A stretch of 63,668 nucleotides of DNA, filler included, from an uncultured Acidimicrobiia bacterium (GTDB lineage Bacteria > Actinomycetota > Acidimicrobiia > Spongiisociales > JAOTWH01), in NCBI GenBank assembly GCA_964347285.1. It is 3 parts of 3 records of this genome, joined end to end, with 100 filler letters (N's around TTAATTAATTAA, not from the genome) between each part and the next. Parts side by side here need not be neighbours in the genome. Positions count along the whole stretch, not along the records: positions 1 to 26,867 come from CAYFYE010000026.1; positions 26,968 to 53,550 come from CAYFYE010000027.1; 1 more part is not named here. One strand, 5' to 3'. Positions 18,326 to 27,439 of the stretch are shown one piece after another; the stretch's first letter is position 1; each line of letters starts with the position of its first letter. The position numbers and the translations under genes are program-made. The notes beneath the pieces are model-generated. The model ran no database searches. It was not told where the DNA came from and was given only the letters and a program-made list of their open reading frames with translations.

Positions 18326-19455
18326 AATGCGCCTTCGAGGATCCAGGGGAGGATCGAGATGTTGGAGAACGAGGCCGAGCGGATCTTCAGCCGATACGGG
18401 CCCCGTCCGCCTTCGGAGACGACGTAGTAGCCCATCTCTCCCTTGGGGTTCTCGGCGCGCACGTAGACCTCACCCTTGGGGACCTTGATGATCTTGGGCA
18501 CCTTGGCCTGGAGGTCCCCCGATGGGATCGTGTCCACCGCCTGGGTGATGATGCGGGCGGCCTGGCGGATCTCCTCCAGGCGCACCTGGTAGCGATCCCA
18601 GCAGTCGCCGTTGTGGCCGGTAGGTATGTCGAACTCGAAGCGGTCGTAGGGGAGGTAGTCGTCCACCTTGCGCAGGTCGAAGGCCACTCCGGAGGCCCGC
18701 AAGTTGGGCCCGGACACCCCGTAGGCCTTGGCGATGTCGACCGGAATCACCCCCACCCCCTTGGTGCGGGCCTGGAAGATCTCGTTCCCCGACACCAAAT
18801 CCTCCAGGTCGTCGCAGACTGCCGCCACCCGCTCCATGGCCCTGCGGGTCTCCTCGAGGAAACCCGCGGGCAGATCCTGAATCACCTTCTTCGTCGCCGC
18901 CCCCGCTCCGGCAGCCGGCTTCACACCTCCGATCCTGTTGAAGTTCGGGTGAAATCGGCCACCGGTGACTCCCTCGATGAGGTCGAGCACTCGTTCCCTC
19001 TCCCGCAGCGCGTGCATCAACGGAGTCGGAGCCCCGATCTCCAGCGGATAGGAGGACATGAAGATGAAGTGGGAGGAGATCCGGGCCATCTCGGTGAGGA
19101 TGAGCCGGATGTACTGAGCCCGCTCGGGAACCTCCAGATCCATGAGCCGCTCCGTGGCCACCATGAACGGGACCTCATTTGCGAAACCGGCCACCCAGTC
19201 GATGCGGTTGATCAGCGCGGTCACCTGGGGATAGGTGCGCACCTCGGCCAGCTTCTCGTAGCCCCGATGCATGTAGCCGATCACCGGTTCGACGTCGCGA
19301 ACCCGCTCGCCGTCGACGCGGGCGACCAGCCGAAGTACGCCGTGGGTCGAGGGATGCTGCGGGCCTATGTTGAGGGTCATCTCGGCCGTCTGTAGCTCGA
19401 CCGAAATGGCCGCCTCGGAGAGGTGCATCATCGCCCGAGGCTCGACCTTGGTCAC
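18262..19455 (-). CDS. nuoD: NADH-quinone oxidoreductase subunit D
   Basis: 'NIGPQHPSTHGVLRL', 'GYMHRGYEK', C-terminal 'GSLDFVLGDVDR'; no NiFe-hydrogenase CxxC motifs. Confidence 0.96.
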   Translation of the reverse strand: MTKVEPRAMMHLSEAAISVELQTAEMTLNIGPQHPSTHGVLRLVARVDGERVRDVEPVIGYMHRGYEKLAEVRTYPQVTALINRIDWVAGFANEVPFMVATERLMDLEVPERAQYIRLILTEMARISSHFIFMSSYPLEIGAPTPLMHALRERERVLDLIEGVTGGRFHPNFNRIGGVKPAAGAGAATKKVIQDLPAGFLEETRRAMERVAAVCDDLEDLVSGNEIFQARTKGVGVIPVDIAKAYGVSGPNLRASGVAFDLRKVDDYLPYDRFEFDIPTGHNGDCWDRYQVRLEEIRQAARIITQAVDTIPSGDLQAKVPKIIKVPKGEVYVRAENPKGEMGYYVVSEGGRGPYRLKIRSASFSNISILPWILEGALVPDIIAILGSLDFVLGDVDR

Positions 19456-20108
19456 TCCTCTCCCTCCTCCTCCGGCGCAGCCGGCTCACCGGCTTCGACG
19501 TTCTCGGTGGCGGGCATGTCCTCCACGTCCACCTTGCCGGGCCACGGCTTCACTTCCCGACTGAGCAATCGGTAGGCCTTGCGCAATGGGTAGCCCTCGA
19601 AGGCGTCGGGCAGATAAAGCTTGATCAGGTTGGGATGGCCCCGGAAGTAGATGCCGAACATCTCGTGTGCCTCCCGCTCGTGCCAGGCGGCCCCGGGAAA
19701 CACCCCCACCAGGCTGTCGATGGTGGGATCGTCCTTGGGAAGGTCGGCCGAGAAGATGACCCGCCGAGCGTCGGACACGGTCGAGAGGCCGCACAGCACC
19801 TCGTACCGCTCTTCGAGCGCATCGGGATCTTCGACCGGTTCGCCGATCACCACCTCCCTCGACCAGTCCGTAGCCGACAGCCAGGAGAAGAAGTCGAGGC
19901 CCATCTCATCCCGGGCCGCGATGATCGCCTCCAGCCAACCTTGGCGGTCCACTTTGATCTTGGCGGTGGCGTGGTCGACTCCGAAGGACGCCGCCCCCAC
20001 GATCCCGGCCACTTCGGCGGCCAGTGCTTCGAAGTCGAGGACGTCGGTCCCGCCGCCGGAGGACCCTCCCTCGTCAACTGGCGGTTGCTCAGACCGGCTG
20101 TCGGTCAC
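19452..20108 (-). CDS. nuoC: NADH-quinone oxidoreductase subunit C
   Basis: '[22 protein letters not shown]...FEGYPLRK'; GTG start inferred. Confidence 0.92.
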   Translation of the reverse strand: MTDSRSEQPPVDEGGSSGGGTDVLDFEALAAEVAGIVGAASFGVDHATAKIKVDRQGWLEAIIAARDEMGLDFFSWLSATDWSREVVIGEPVEDPDALEERYEVLCGLSTVSDARRVIFSADLPKDDPTIDSLVGVFPGAAWHEREAHEMFGIYFRGHPNLIKLYLPDAFEGYPLRKAYRLLSREVKPWPGKVDVEDMPATENVEAGEPAAPEEEGEE

Positions 20109-20586
20109 GCTCGCTCCACTTTTCCTGCACGTCCTCGCCGGCAATCTGCCGCTGGAGGAGCACGATCCCCTCCATGAGTGCCTCGGGACGGGGCGGGCAG
20201 CCCGGCACGTAGACGTCGACGGGAATGATCTGATCGACGCCTTTGGTGACCGAATACGAGTCCCAGTACGGACCGCCGCAATTCGAGCACGACCCCATCG
20301 ATATGACGTACTTGGGGTCGGGCATCTGGTCGTAGAGCCGTCGGATCGCCGGGGCCATCTTGTCGGTGACCGTGCCGGCCACGATCATCAGGTCGGCCTG
20401 GCGAGGGGATGCAGGAAGGGGGATGATCCCGAAGCGCATGAAGTCGTAGCGGGGCCCGGAAGCGGCCATCATCTCGATGGCACAGCAGGCCAGCCCGAAC
20501 TGGAACATCCACAGCGAGTATTTGCGTGACCAGTTCAGGAGCCACGACAACGGCTTGGGAGCCCCGAAGCGCTCGATCACTCCCAC
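20089..20586 (-). CDS. nuoB: NADH-quinone oxidoreductase subunit B
   Basis: 'GLACCAIEM', '[12 protein letters not shown]', 'VISMGSC', 'PGCPPRPE'. Confidence 0.96.
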   Translation of the reverse strand: MGVIERFGAPKPLSWLLNWSRKYSLWMFQFGLACCAIEMMAASGPRYDFMRFGIIPLPASPRQADLMIVAGTVTDKMAPAIRRLYDQMPDPKYVISMGSCSNCGGPYWDSYSVTKGVDQIIPVDVYVPGCPPRPEALMEGIVLLQRQIAGEDVQEKWSERDRQPV

Positions 20587-20957
20587 CGCAGCACCCCCTT
20601 GCGGATGGCGTAGACCAGACCCAGAACCAGCACCACGATGAAGATCACCATCTCCACCAGCACGAACCCGCCCATGCCGAGATTGGCGAAGTCCTCCAGG
20701 CGGACGGCCCACGGAAAGATGAATACCGCCTCGACGTCGAAGATCAGGAACAACAGCGCGAAGATGTAGTAGCGGATGTGGCTCTGGCTCCAGCCCCCAC
20801 CGACCGGATCGATGCCGCACTCATAGGTGCGCTTCTTGCCGGAACTGGGCTTGTCGGGCCGCAGCAATGTCGCGATCCCGAGGGCCACCGCCACCAGCAC
20901 GAGGCCCAGGCCGATGAACGCCGCCACGGTGATGTAGTCCTCGAAGTAGCCGCCCAC
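20577..20957 (-). CDS. nuoA: NADH-quinone oxidoreductase subunit A
   Basis: 'YECGIDP', '[24 protein letters not shown]'; GAGGAG RBS. Confidence 0.96.
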   Translation of the reverse strand: MGGYFEDYITVAAFIGLGLVLVAVALGIATLLRPDKPSSGKKRTYECGIDPVGGGWSQSHIRYYIFALLFLIFDVEAVFIFPWAVRLEDFANLGMGGFVLVEMVIFIVVLVLGLVYAIRKGVLRWE

Positions 20958-21126
20958 CAGGTCTCCTCAGCGCGGTGTAGCCACCAAAGCGGGGCGGAGT
21001 TTAGGCGGCGGCCGGTAGCGGAGGAAGCCGGGTACGCCGGGAGCGCCCAAGCCGAAAACCCCGGGAATCGAAGCGGCGCCGACGGGGTTGTGGCAGCGGC
21101 CACCGAGTGAAGGGAACGACCGACCG

Positions 21127-21501
21127 ATGGCGACCGTGGAGCTCACCAAGGACAACTTCGAGGAGACGATCCTCAACAACGAAACCGTATTCGTGGATTT
21201 CTGGGCAGAGTGGTGCGGGCCGTGCCGCATGTTCGCTCCTACCTTCGAAGCGGCCTCGGAGGACCACGACAACATCGTGTTCGGCAAGGTGAACACCGAG
21301 ACGGAACAGGTGCTGGCCGGCTACTTCGGCATCCGCTCCATCCCCACCCTCATGGTGTTCAAAGAGCAAATCGCCATCTTCTCCCAACCCGGTGCACTGC
21401 CTCCGACCATCCTCGACGACCTCATCGGCAAGGTGAAGGAGGTCGACATGGACGACGTGCGCCGCCAGATCGCAGAACAGGACGAGGCCAAGACCGGCTA
21501 G
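21127..21501 (+). CDS. trxA: Thioredoxin
   Basis: 'VDFWAEWCGPC', 'IRSIPTL'; divergent from nuoA. Confidence 0.93.
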   Translation: MATVELTKDNFEETILNNETVFVDFWAEWCGPCRMFAPTFEAASEDHDNIVFGKVNTETEQVLAGYFGIRSIPTLMVFKEQIAIFSQPGALPPTILDDLIGKVKEVDMDDVRRQIAEQDEAKTG

Positions 21502-21628
21502 CGGCCCGCTCCCACCTCGGGGCGGCCGGCCCAACCGACACCATCGGCATCGGCCCACCTCACCCCGGCCCACCCCTGTCGCGACTGCGTCCGGCCGGGG
21601 CGAGTTACGGGCCGAGTAGCCTCCGGCC

Positions 21629-22729
21629 ATGGCCGGCCCTCGGATCGTCCCTCCCGACTATGAGGGAGGATCGCTGGTCAACCTGGTCACCGAGCTGGAA
21701 GGGCGGCTGACCGGTTCGCCGGCCTTCCCAACGCTCCATCCCCGAATTGCGGCCGAGATACCCGAAGCGGCTACCTTCCTACTGGTCCTCTTCGACGGCT
21801 TGGGGTCGACCCAGCTCGATCATCCCGACGCCCAACCGCTGCGGACCGCCTTCCGGACCAGCATCGACGCTCCCTTTCCCACGACGACCACGGTGAGCCT
21901 GGCCTCCCTGGCCACGGGGCTCCCCCCGTCCCAGCACGGGCTCATCGCCTACGAGCTGTACCTCCCCGACATCGAGCGGGTGGTCAACTCGATTCAATGG
22001 ACCACCCTGTGGGGAGACCCGATCCCCTACGACTACGACGGCTTCTTGCCTTCCCCCAACCTCTGGGAGCGGCTCAAAGCGGGGGGCGTCGAGCCGATCA
22101 CCATCCAGCCCGGTCACTTCGAGGGAACGCCGCTGTCGAAGGTGCTCTATCGGGGATGCCGCTACGAGCCGGTGTACAGCGTCGTCGAGCTGATCGACGC
22201 CGCCGTCGACCTGGCTGCCCGGCCGGGGCGGCTGGTGGAGGTCTACGTCCCCAACATCGACGTGGCCGCCCACACCCACGGCCAATCCTCGCAGCAGTAC
22301 GCCCAAGCCATGGCGTTTGCGTCCGGACTCTGGGAGGCGATCAGGGGGGGACTCCCCGACGGCGCCGTCCTGGTGGGCACCTCCGACCACGGACACGTCG
22401 ACATTCCGATCGAAGGCCAAGCCGTCGTGCCTAAGCGAGCCGAGAAGGAGCTGACCCTGTACGGGGATACCCGAGTGATGTTCGTCAAAGGAGACGGTGC
22501 GCCCCTCGCCGATGCGCTCCCGGCCCGGTGGCTGGCTCTCGGCGAGTTCTCTGATTGGCTCGGCCCCGGCCCCCACCATCCCGCCCTGGCGCAACGGGCC
22601 CCGGACGGAGCCCTCCTGGCGGACGACGGACACCGCCTCATGCACCGATTCACCAACCAACGCCTCATCGGATCACATGGCGGCCTGACCGACCACGAAC
22701 GCCTGGTGCCCCTGCTGGTCGCCGGTTAA
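21629..22729 (+). CDS. Alkaline phosphatase superfamily protein (nucleotide pyrophosphatase/phosphodiesterase type)
   Basis: 'LFDGLG', 'FPTTT', 'DVAAHTHG', 'SDHGH', 'GSHGG'. Confidence 0.88.
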   Translation: MAGPRIVPPDYEGGSLVNLVTELEGRLTGSPAFPTLHPRIAAEIPEAATFLLVLFDGLGSTQLDHPDAQPLRTAFRTSIDAPFPTTTTVSLASLATGLPPSQHGLIAYELYLPDIERVVNSIQWTTLWGDPIPYDYDGFLPSPNLWERLKAGGVEPITIQPGHFEGTPLSKVLYRGCRYEPVYSVVELIDAAVDLAARPGRLVEVYVPNIDVAAHTHGQSSQQYAQAMAFASGLWEAIRGGLPDGAVLVGTSDHGHVDIPIEGQAVVPKRAEKELTLYGDTRVMFVKGDGAPLADALPARWLALGEFSDWLGPGPHHPALAQRAPDGALLADDGHRLMHRFTNQRLIGSHGGLTDHERLVPLLVAG

Positions 22730-22897
22730 GGGGAGGCGAGGCCGATCGACCGGGCGCTCGAGTGGGGCCATGGACCCGATTCATCCGAAAGAGGTGCTCA
22801 CCACCATCATCGTGCGCTTGGGGGCATCGTCTCACTCTCGCCCCGGATCGCGGCGGGGACCTCCAGGACGCCCGGCCCCGGCCCGTAGCATTGTGCG

Positions 22898-23887
22898 GTG
22901 ATCAGAATCGCAACGGTCCTCGCCGTGGTGGCCTCCGTGCTCGGCGCCTGTGCCGGCGGCAGCGGCGCCGACTTGACCGTGTACAGCGGCCGTAGCGAGG
23001 AACTGGTCGGCCCCCTCATCACCCGCTTCGAGGAGTCGTCCGGTCTCGACGTCGAGGTCCGCTACGCCGGCAGCACCGAACTGGCCGCCACGCTGCTCGA
23101 GGAGGGCGACAACACCCCGGCCGACGTGTTCTTCGCCCAGGATCCGGCCTCGCTGGGCGTAGTAGCGCTCGAACAGCTCTTCCGTCCACTCCCGGCCGCA
23201 TTGCTGGGGCAGGTGCCGGCCCGGTTCTCCGACCGAAACGGCCGCTGGGTCGGTGTGTCCGGACGGGCCCGGGTGCTGGTGCACGGTGCCGACGCCTTCG
23301 ACGACCCCCCGGCCACGGTCGATGACCTCACCGCTCCGGAATGGGAAGGGCGCCTCGCCATCGCACCTCAGAACGGCTCCTTCCTGGCGTTCGTGGCCGC
23401 CAAGATCCTCCTCGACGGCGAGCCGGCCACCCGAGACTGGCTGGAAGGCATCGCCGCCAACGACCCGGTGCGCTTCGACGGCAACAGCGCCATCGTCGCC
23501 GCCGTCGACGGAGGCGAGGTCGATGCCGGGCTGGTCAACCACTACTACTTGCTGCGCCTGATCGACGAGCAGGGCTCCAGCCGGGCCTCCAATCTGTTCT
23601 TCGACGAGGGAGGAGCCGGGGCCCTGGTGATGCCGGCCGGAGCCGGCATCCTGGCCGCCGCCGACGACGTCGAGGCGGCGATCGACTTCGTCAGCTTTCT
23701 GCTGTCGGAGGAGGCCCAGTCCTACTTCGCCGCCGAGACGTTCGAGTATCCGCTCCTGGCCCCCGTCGCCGCCGACCCGGCTCTTCCGCCCCTCGAGACG
23801 ATCGGTGCCCCCGACCTGGACCTCTCCCGACTGGCGGAAGCGCTGGATGCCGCCACCGATCTGGTCGCCGAGACGGGACTGTTGTGA
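22898..23887 (+). CDS. Fe(III) ABC transporter substrate-binding lipoprotein (FbpA/AfuA family)
   Basis: Lipobox LGAC; 'LTVYSGR', 'TPADVF', 'LVNHYY' (iron-binding Tyr pair), 'TFEYP'. Confidence 0.9.
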   Translation: MIRIATVLAVVASVLGACAGGSGADLTVYSGRSEELVGPLITRFEESSGLDVEVRYAGSTELAATLLEEGDNTPADVFFAQDPASLGVVALEQLFRPLPAALLGQVPARFSDRNGRWVGVSGRARVLVHGADAFDDPPATVDDLTAPEWEGRLAIAPQNGSFLAFVAAKILLDGEPATRDWLEGIAANDPVRFDGNSAIVAAVDGGEVDAGLVNHYYLLRLIDEQGSSRASNLFFDEGGAGALVMPAGAGILAAADDVEAAIDFVSFLLSEEAQSYFAAETFEYPLLAPVAADPALPPLETIGAPDLDLSRLAEALDAATDLVAETGLL

Positions 23888-25515
23888 TCGAGGAGCCCAT
23901 TCAGGTCCTCGAGGCCCCGGTGGAGCCGCCGGCCGCCCCACCCGTCCCCACCCGCCGGCCCCGGGCTCCCCTGTTCCTGTGGGTGGCCGCCGTGGCCGTG
24001 CTGGTCCCCGTGGTGGCACCGCTGATCGTCCTCGTCGGCCGGGTTATCGGGGCAGGCAGCAGCGCCTGGGAGGTGCTCTTCTCCGCACGGACCCTCGAGC
24101 TCGTCCTGCAGACGCTGGCGCTCACGGCCGCCGTGACGGCCACGTCGCTGGCCGTGGGCCTGACCACCGCCTGGCTCACCGTCCGCACCGACCTCCCCGC
24201 CCGACGGCTGTGGTCGGTGCTGGTGTCGCTGCCCCTCGTCATCCCCTCCTACGTGCTGGCGCTGGCGGTGCTGTCGGCGTTCGGCGCCAACGGAGTCATC
24301 ACCGACGCGCTGGGGCCCCTCGGCGTCGACCGCCTGCCCTCGGTCGGGGGAGCGTTCGGAGCCTGGCTGGTGCTCACGCTGGCCACCTATCCGTTCGTCC
24401 ACCTCATCAGCTCGGCAGCGTTGCGACGCATCGATCCCGGTCTCGAGGAGGCGGCCCGGGGCCTGGGAGCCTCGCCGGGGCGCACCTTCCGCACGGTCGT
24501 CGTCCCCCAGGTTCGCTCCTCGCTGGCCGCCAGCGGTCTGCTGGTGGCGCTGTACACGATCTCGGACTTCGGGGCGGTCTCGCTGATGCGCTTCGATGCG
24601 CTCACCCGGGTGATCTACGCCCAGTACCAGGGCCGGCTCGACCGGACCCCGGCGGCCGTGCTGGCCACCGTCCTCATCGTGATCGTCGCGGTGATCCTGG
24701 TGGCCGAGCAACGCATGCGAGGCCGGGGAAGGGCCTACACGGCCCGGGGCTCGCGCCCTCCGCGCCGGTTCCCCTTGAGCGGGTGGGCCCGGCGAGCCGG
24801 CCTGGCGTTTCTGGGCCTTCTGGTGGCCGTGGCCCTCGCCCTGCCGCTGGCAGTTCTCGGCGGCTGGCTGGCCCGAGGGATCGATCGTGGCGCCCCTCTC
24901 GACGTGGCCTGGCGAGCTGCGGCCGGCTCGCTCTGGGTGTCGGCGGCCGCAGCGCTGGTGGCGGTGGCGGCCGCCGTGCCCGTGGCCGTGCTGGTGGTGC
25001 GCTATCGCTCCAAGGCCACCATCGCCGTGGACCGGGCCGTCTTCTCAGTCTTTGCCCTGCCCCACATCGCGGTGGCCCTGGCCATGGTGTTCCTGGCCGT
25101 CAACTACCTCGGACCCCTCTACCAGGGCTTCCTGGTCCTGATCGTCACCTACGTCGCCCTCTTCCTCCCTCAGGCCAGCGGCGCGGCCCGGGGCGCCCTC
25201 GAGCAGGTCAACCCCAACTTGGAAGAGGCGGCCCGCGGGCTCGGCAAAGGCCCGCTCTCGGCCCTTGTTCGGGTCACCATCCCCCTGATCTCGAGGGCCC
25301 TGCTGGCCGGCGGAGCGCTGGTGTTCCTCACCACCATGAAGGAGCTCCCGGCTACCCTCCTGCTACGGCCCACCGGCTTCGATACCCTGGCAGTGGAGAT
25401 CTGGTCGGCGACGTCCGAGGGATTCTTCGCCAGGGCCGCGGCCCCGGCCCTTCTCTTGCTCGCGGTATCGGCCCTTCCGATGTACCTTCTCGTTGCACGA
25501 AGCTATGAGTCCTGA
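23884..25515 (+). CDS. Fe(III) ABC transporter permease (FbpB family)
   Basis: Two 'LEEAARGLG' EAA loops; 'MKELPATLLLRP'; GTG overlaps previous stop. Confidence 0.9.
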   Translation: MIEEPIQVLEAPVEPPAAPPVPTRRPRAPLFLWVAAVAVLVPVVAPLIVLVGRVIGAGSSAWEVLFSARTLELVLQTLALTAAVTATSLAVGLTTAWLTVRTDLPARRLWSVLVSLPLVIPSYVLALAVLSAFGANGVITDALGPLGVDRLPSVGGAFGAWLVLTLATYPFVHLISSAALRRIDPGLEEAARGLGASPGRTFRTVVVPQVRSSLAASGLLVALYTISDFGAVSLMRFDALTRVIYAQYQGRLDRTPAAVLATVLIVIVAVILVAEQRMRGRGRAYTARGSRPPRRFPLSGWARRAGLAFLGLLVAVALALPLAVLGGWLARGIDRGAPLDVAWRAAAGSLWVSAAAALVAVAAAVPVAVLVVRYRSKATIAVDRAVFSVFALPHIAVALAMVFLAVNYLGPLYQGFLVLIVTYVALFLPQASGAARGALEQVNPNLEEAARGLGKGPLSALVRVTIPLISRALLAGGALVFLTTMKELPATLLLRPTGFDTLAVEIWSATSEGFFARAAAPALLLLAVSALPMYLLVARSYES

Positions 25516-26539
25516 TCCAGTCATTGCCTGCCGCAGCCTCGCCAAGCGCTTCGGCGACGCCGTCGCGCTCGACGGCTTCGACCTCGACGTTTCCGCCGGG
25601 AGCATTCTCGGCCTGCTCGGCCCCTCCGGCTGTGGCAAGACGACCGCACTACGGGTGATTGCCGGTTTCGAGGTCCCCGACACCGGCACGGTGGCGATCG
25701 GCGGCCGTACGGTCGTCGGCGACGGGAGCTGGACGCCTCCCGAGCGGCGCCGGGTGGGAATGGTTTTCCAGGATTACGCCCTGTTCCCCAACATGAGCGT
25801 GGCCGCCAACGTGGCCTTCGGCCTGCCCAAGGGCGCCGATCGGCAGAGGCGGGTCACCGAGATCCTCGGCTTGGTGGGCCTCCGCCGGCTCGCCGGGCGC
25901 ATGCCCCACGAACTGTCCGGGGGCGAGCAACAGCGGGTCGCTTTGGCCCGGGCGCTGGCACCCGAGCCCGAGGTCGTCCTGCTGGACGAGCCCTTCTCCA
26001 ACCTCGATGCCCCCCAGCGGGATCGGGTGCGGCGAGAGGTGCGCACGATCCTGGTCGAAGCCAGAGCCACCGCGGTCTTCGTCACCCACGACCAGGAAGA
26101 AGCGTTGGCGATGAGCGACGTCGTCGCGGTGATGCGGGAAGGGCGAATCATCCAGGTGGCCAGCCCCGCCGACGTGTATCACCGTCCCGTCGACTGCTGG
26201 GTGGCCCGCTTCCTGGGCGAGGGCGAGCTGGTGCCCGGCCGGGCCGCCGGGGCCACCGTCGACACCGTGCTGGGCAGCTTCAAACTGGCCGAGCCCGCCG
26301 ACGGGAAGGTAGAGGTCCTCATCCGCCCCGAGGCGGTCCGTCTGCTCCCCGACGAGCACGGGCTGACCCGGGTGGTCGACCGGGAGTTCTACGGCCACGA
26401 CCAACTGGTGACGCTGGAACTGCCCGACGGCCGCCGCCTACTGTCCCGCACACCGGCCGGTCCGGTGTTCTCCCCCGGCGACCGGGTCCGCATAGAAGTC
26501 GACGAAGTGATGGCATTCCCGGCGCACGAACACGCCTAG
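25505..26539 (+). CDS. Fe(III) ABC transporter ATP-binding protein (FbpC family)
   Basis: Walker A GPSGCGKT, LSGGEQQ, LLDEP, C-terminal TOBE-like region. Confidence 0.92.
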   Translation: MSPDPVIACRSLAKRFGDAVALDGFDLDVSAGSILGLLGPSGCGKTTALRVIAGFEVPDTGTVAIGGRTVVGDGSWTPPERRRVGMVFQDYALFPNMSVAANVAFGLPKGADRQRRVTEILGLVGLRRLAGRMPHELSGGEQQRVALARALAPEPEVVLLDEPFSNLDAPQRDRVRREVRTILVEARATAVFVTHDQEEALAMSDVVAVMREGRIIQVASPADVYHRPVDCWVARFLGEGELVPGRAAGATVDTVLGSFKLAEPADGKVEVLIRPEAVRLLPDEHGLTRVVDREFYGHDQLVTLELPDGRRLLSRTPAGPVFSPGDRVRIEVDEVMAFPAHEHA

Positions 26540-26730
26540 ACCCGATCGAGTGCTTCGGCGCCTCGTTGGTTGGTGCTGGGCGGGCCCCCTGGGCCCGCCT
26601 CGACTCCGGTCCGCCGGGAGCGGCAGCACGTCGCTTGCTCGGCGGACCGACAGCGAGGCCCGGCGGTGATCGCCGAGCAACGACAAGCAACCGGGCGTCT
26701 CCCGCCCACAGCACGCCTAGACCGATCGAG
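26518..26730 (+). mobile_element. Diverged copy (core 26551-26700) of the structured element found after nuoD, flanked by an imperfect duplication of the ATPase gene end
   Basis: CACGCCTAGACCCGATCGAG (26531-26550) vs CACGCCTAGACCGATCGAG (26712-26730); shares GCGGCAGCACGTCG and two covarying hairpins with 17886-18042; mobility is inferred. Confidence 0.7.
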
Positions 26731-26774
26731 GGCGCCATCGTGGCATCGAGCACAACCTCAGGTGCCCGGACCGA

Positions 26775-26867
26775 TCAGCCGGACTGGCTGATCTCGAACA
26801 GGTGCCCGTCCGGGTCTCGGAAGAAGCAGCGGATCTCGGCGCCCCAGTCGTAGGGCGGGGTGAGGAA
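26775..26867 (-). CDS. VOC/glyoxalase family protein, C-terminal fragment (truncated by contig end)
   Basis: Reads 'LTPPYDWGAEIRCFFRDPDGHLFEISQSG*'. Confidence 0.8.
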   Translation of the reverse strand, partial: FLTPPYDWGAEIRCFFRDPDGHLFEISQSG

Positions 26868-26967
26868 NNNNNNNNNNNNNNNNNNNNNNNNNNNNNNNNN
26901 NNNNNNNNNNNTTAATTAATTAANNNNNNNNNNNNNNNNNNNNNNNNNNNNNNNNNNNNNNNNNNNN
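26868..26967. other. Artificial contig-joining linker
   Basis: N-run with TTAATTAATTAA at 26912-26923 (stops in all six frames). Confidence 0.95.
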
Positions 26968-27256
26968 CACTATCGCGCGACCGCAGGTCACGTCACCCAC
27001 CGGTGTGCCAGGGTTCACGACTGTTCCAAGAGGAGCTCGAGTAGTGAGCGCAGAGGTGCCTGATAGGGCTGTAGGGGTGGTGCGGGATGTAGTTCCGTAA
27101 CGTTGCAGGAGGCCTGGTGGGTGTGGCTCTCGAGGTCCCTGCCGCCGTTGGGTTGGCTTTCGAACGAGGTGCTGTACCTGCCGGGATCTCTTGCTGGCGA
27201 GCAAGCTGCTATTCCCGATCTACAGGCTGCCGGATTGTCAGCCAGTGCAGGCTTCG

Positions 27257-27348
27257 CGGAGGCGGACGGGAATCGAACCCGCCAGGGACCTTTCGACCCC
27301 TCACCGGTTTTGAAGACCGGGGAGCCCACCAGGCGCTCGGACGCCTCC
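27257..27348 (-). tRNA. selC: tRNA-Sec (TCA)
   Basis: GGAGGCGTCCGAGCGCCTGGTGGGCTCCCCGGTCTTCAAAACCGGTGAGGGGTCGAAAGGTCCCTGGCGGGTTCGATTCCCGTCCGCCTCCG; CTTCAAA anticodon loop, TGGT D-loop, long variable arm. Confidence 0.92.
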
Positions 27349-27439
27349 GTCGCCGAGAGTAGCTGCGAGGTCGCCCGTCGTGGCGTTGGCGGGGTCGGCG
27401 AATTGCCCGACGGTAACCTGGAGGCCGGCGCGAGGTGCC

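Noticed and set aside
21502..21628. CCGACACCA match to the element's loop after trxA
   Set aside because: Lacks the core motif, both hairpins and a gene-end duplication
26912..26923. TTAATTAATTAA inside N-runs (also at ~53595)
   Set aside because: Artificial six-frame-stop linker; gene adjacency across these joins has no biological meaning
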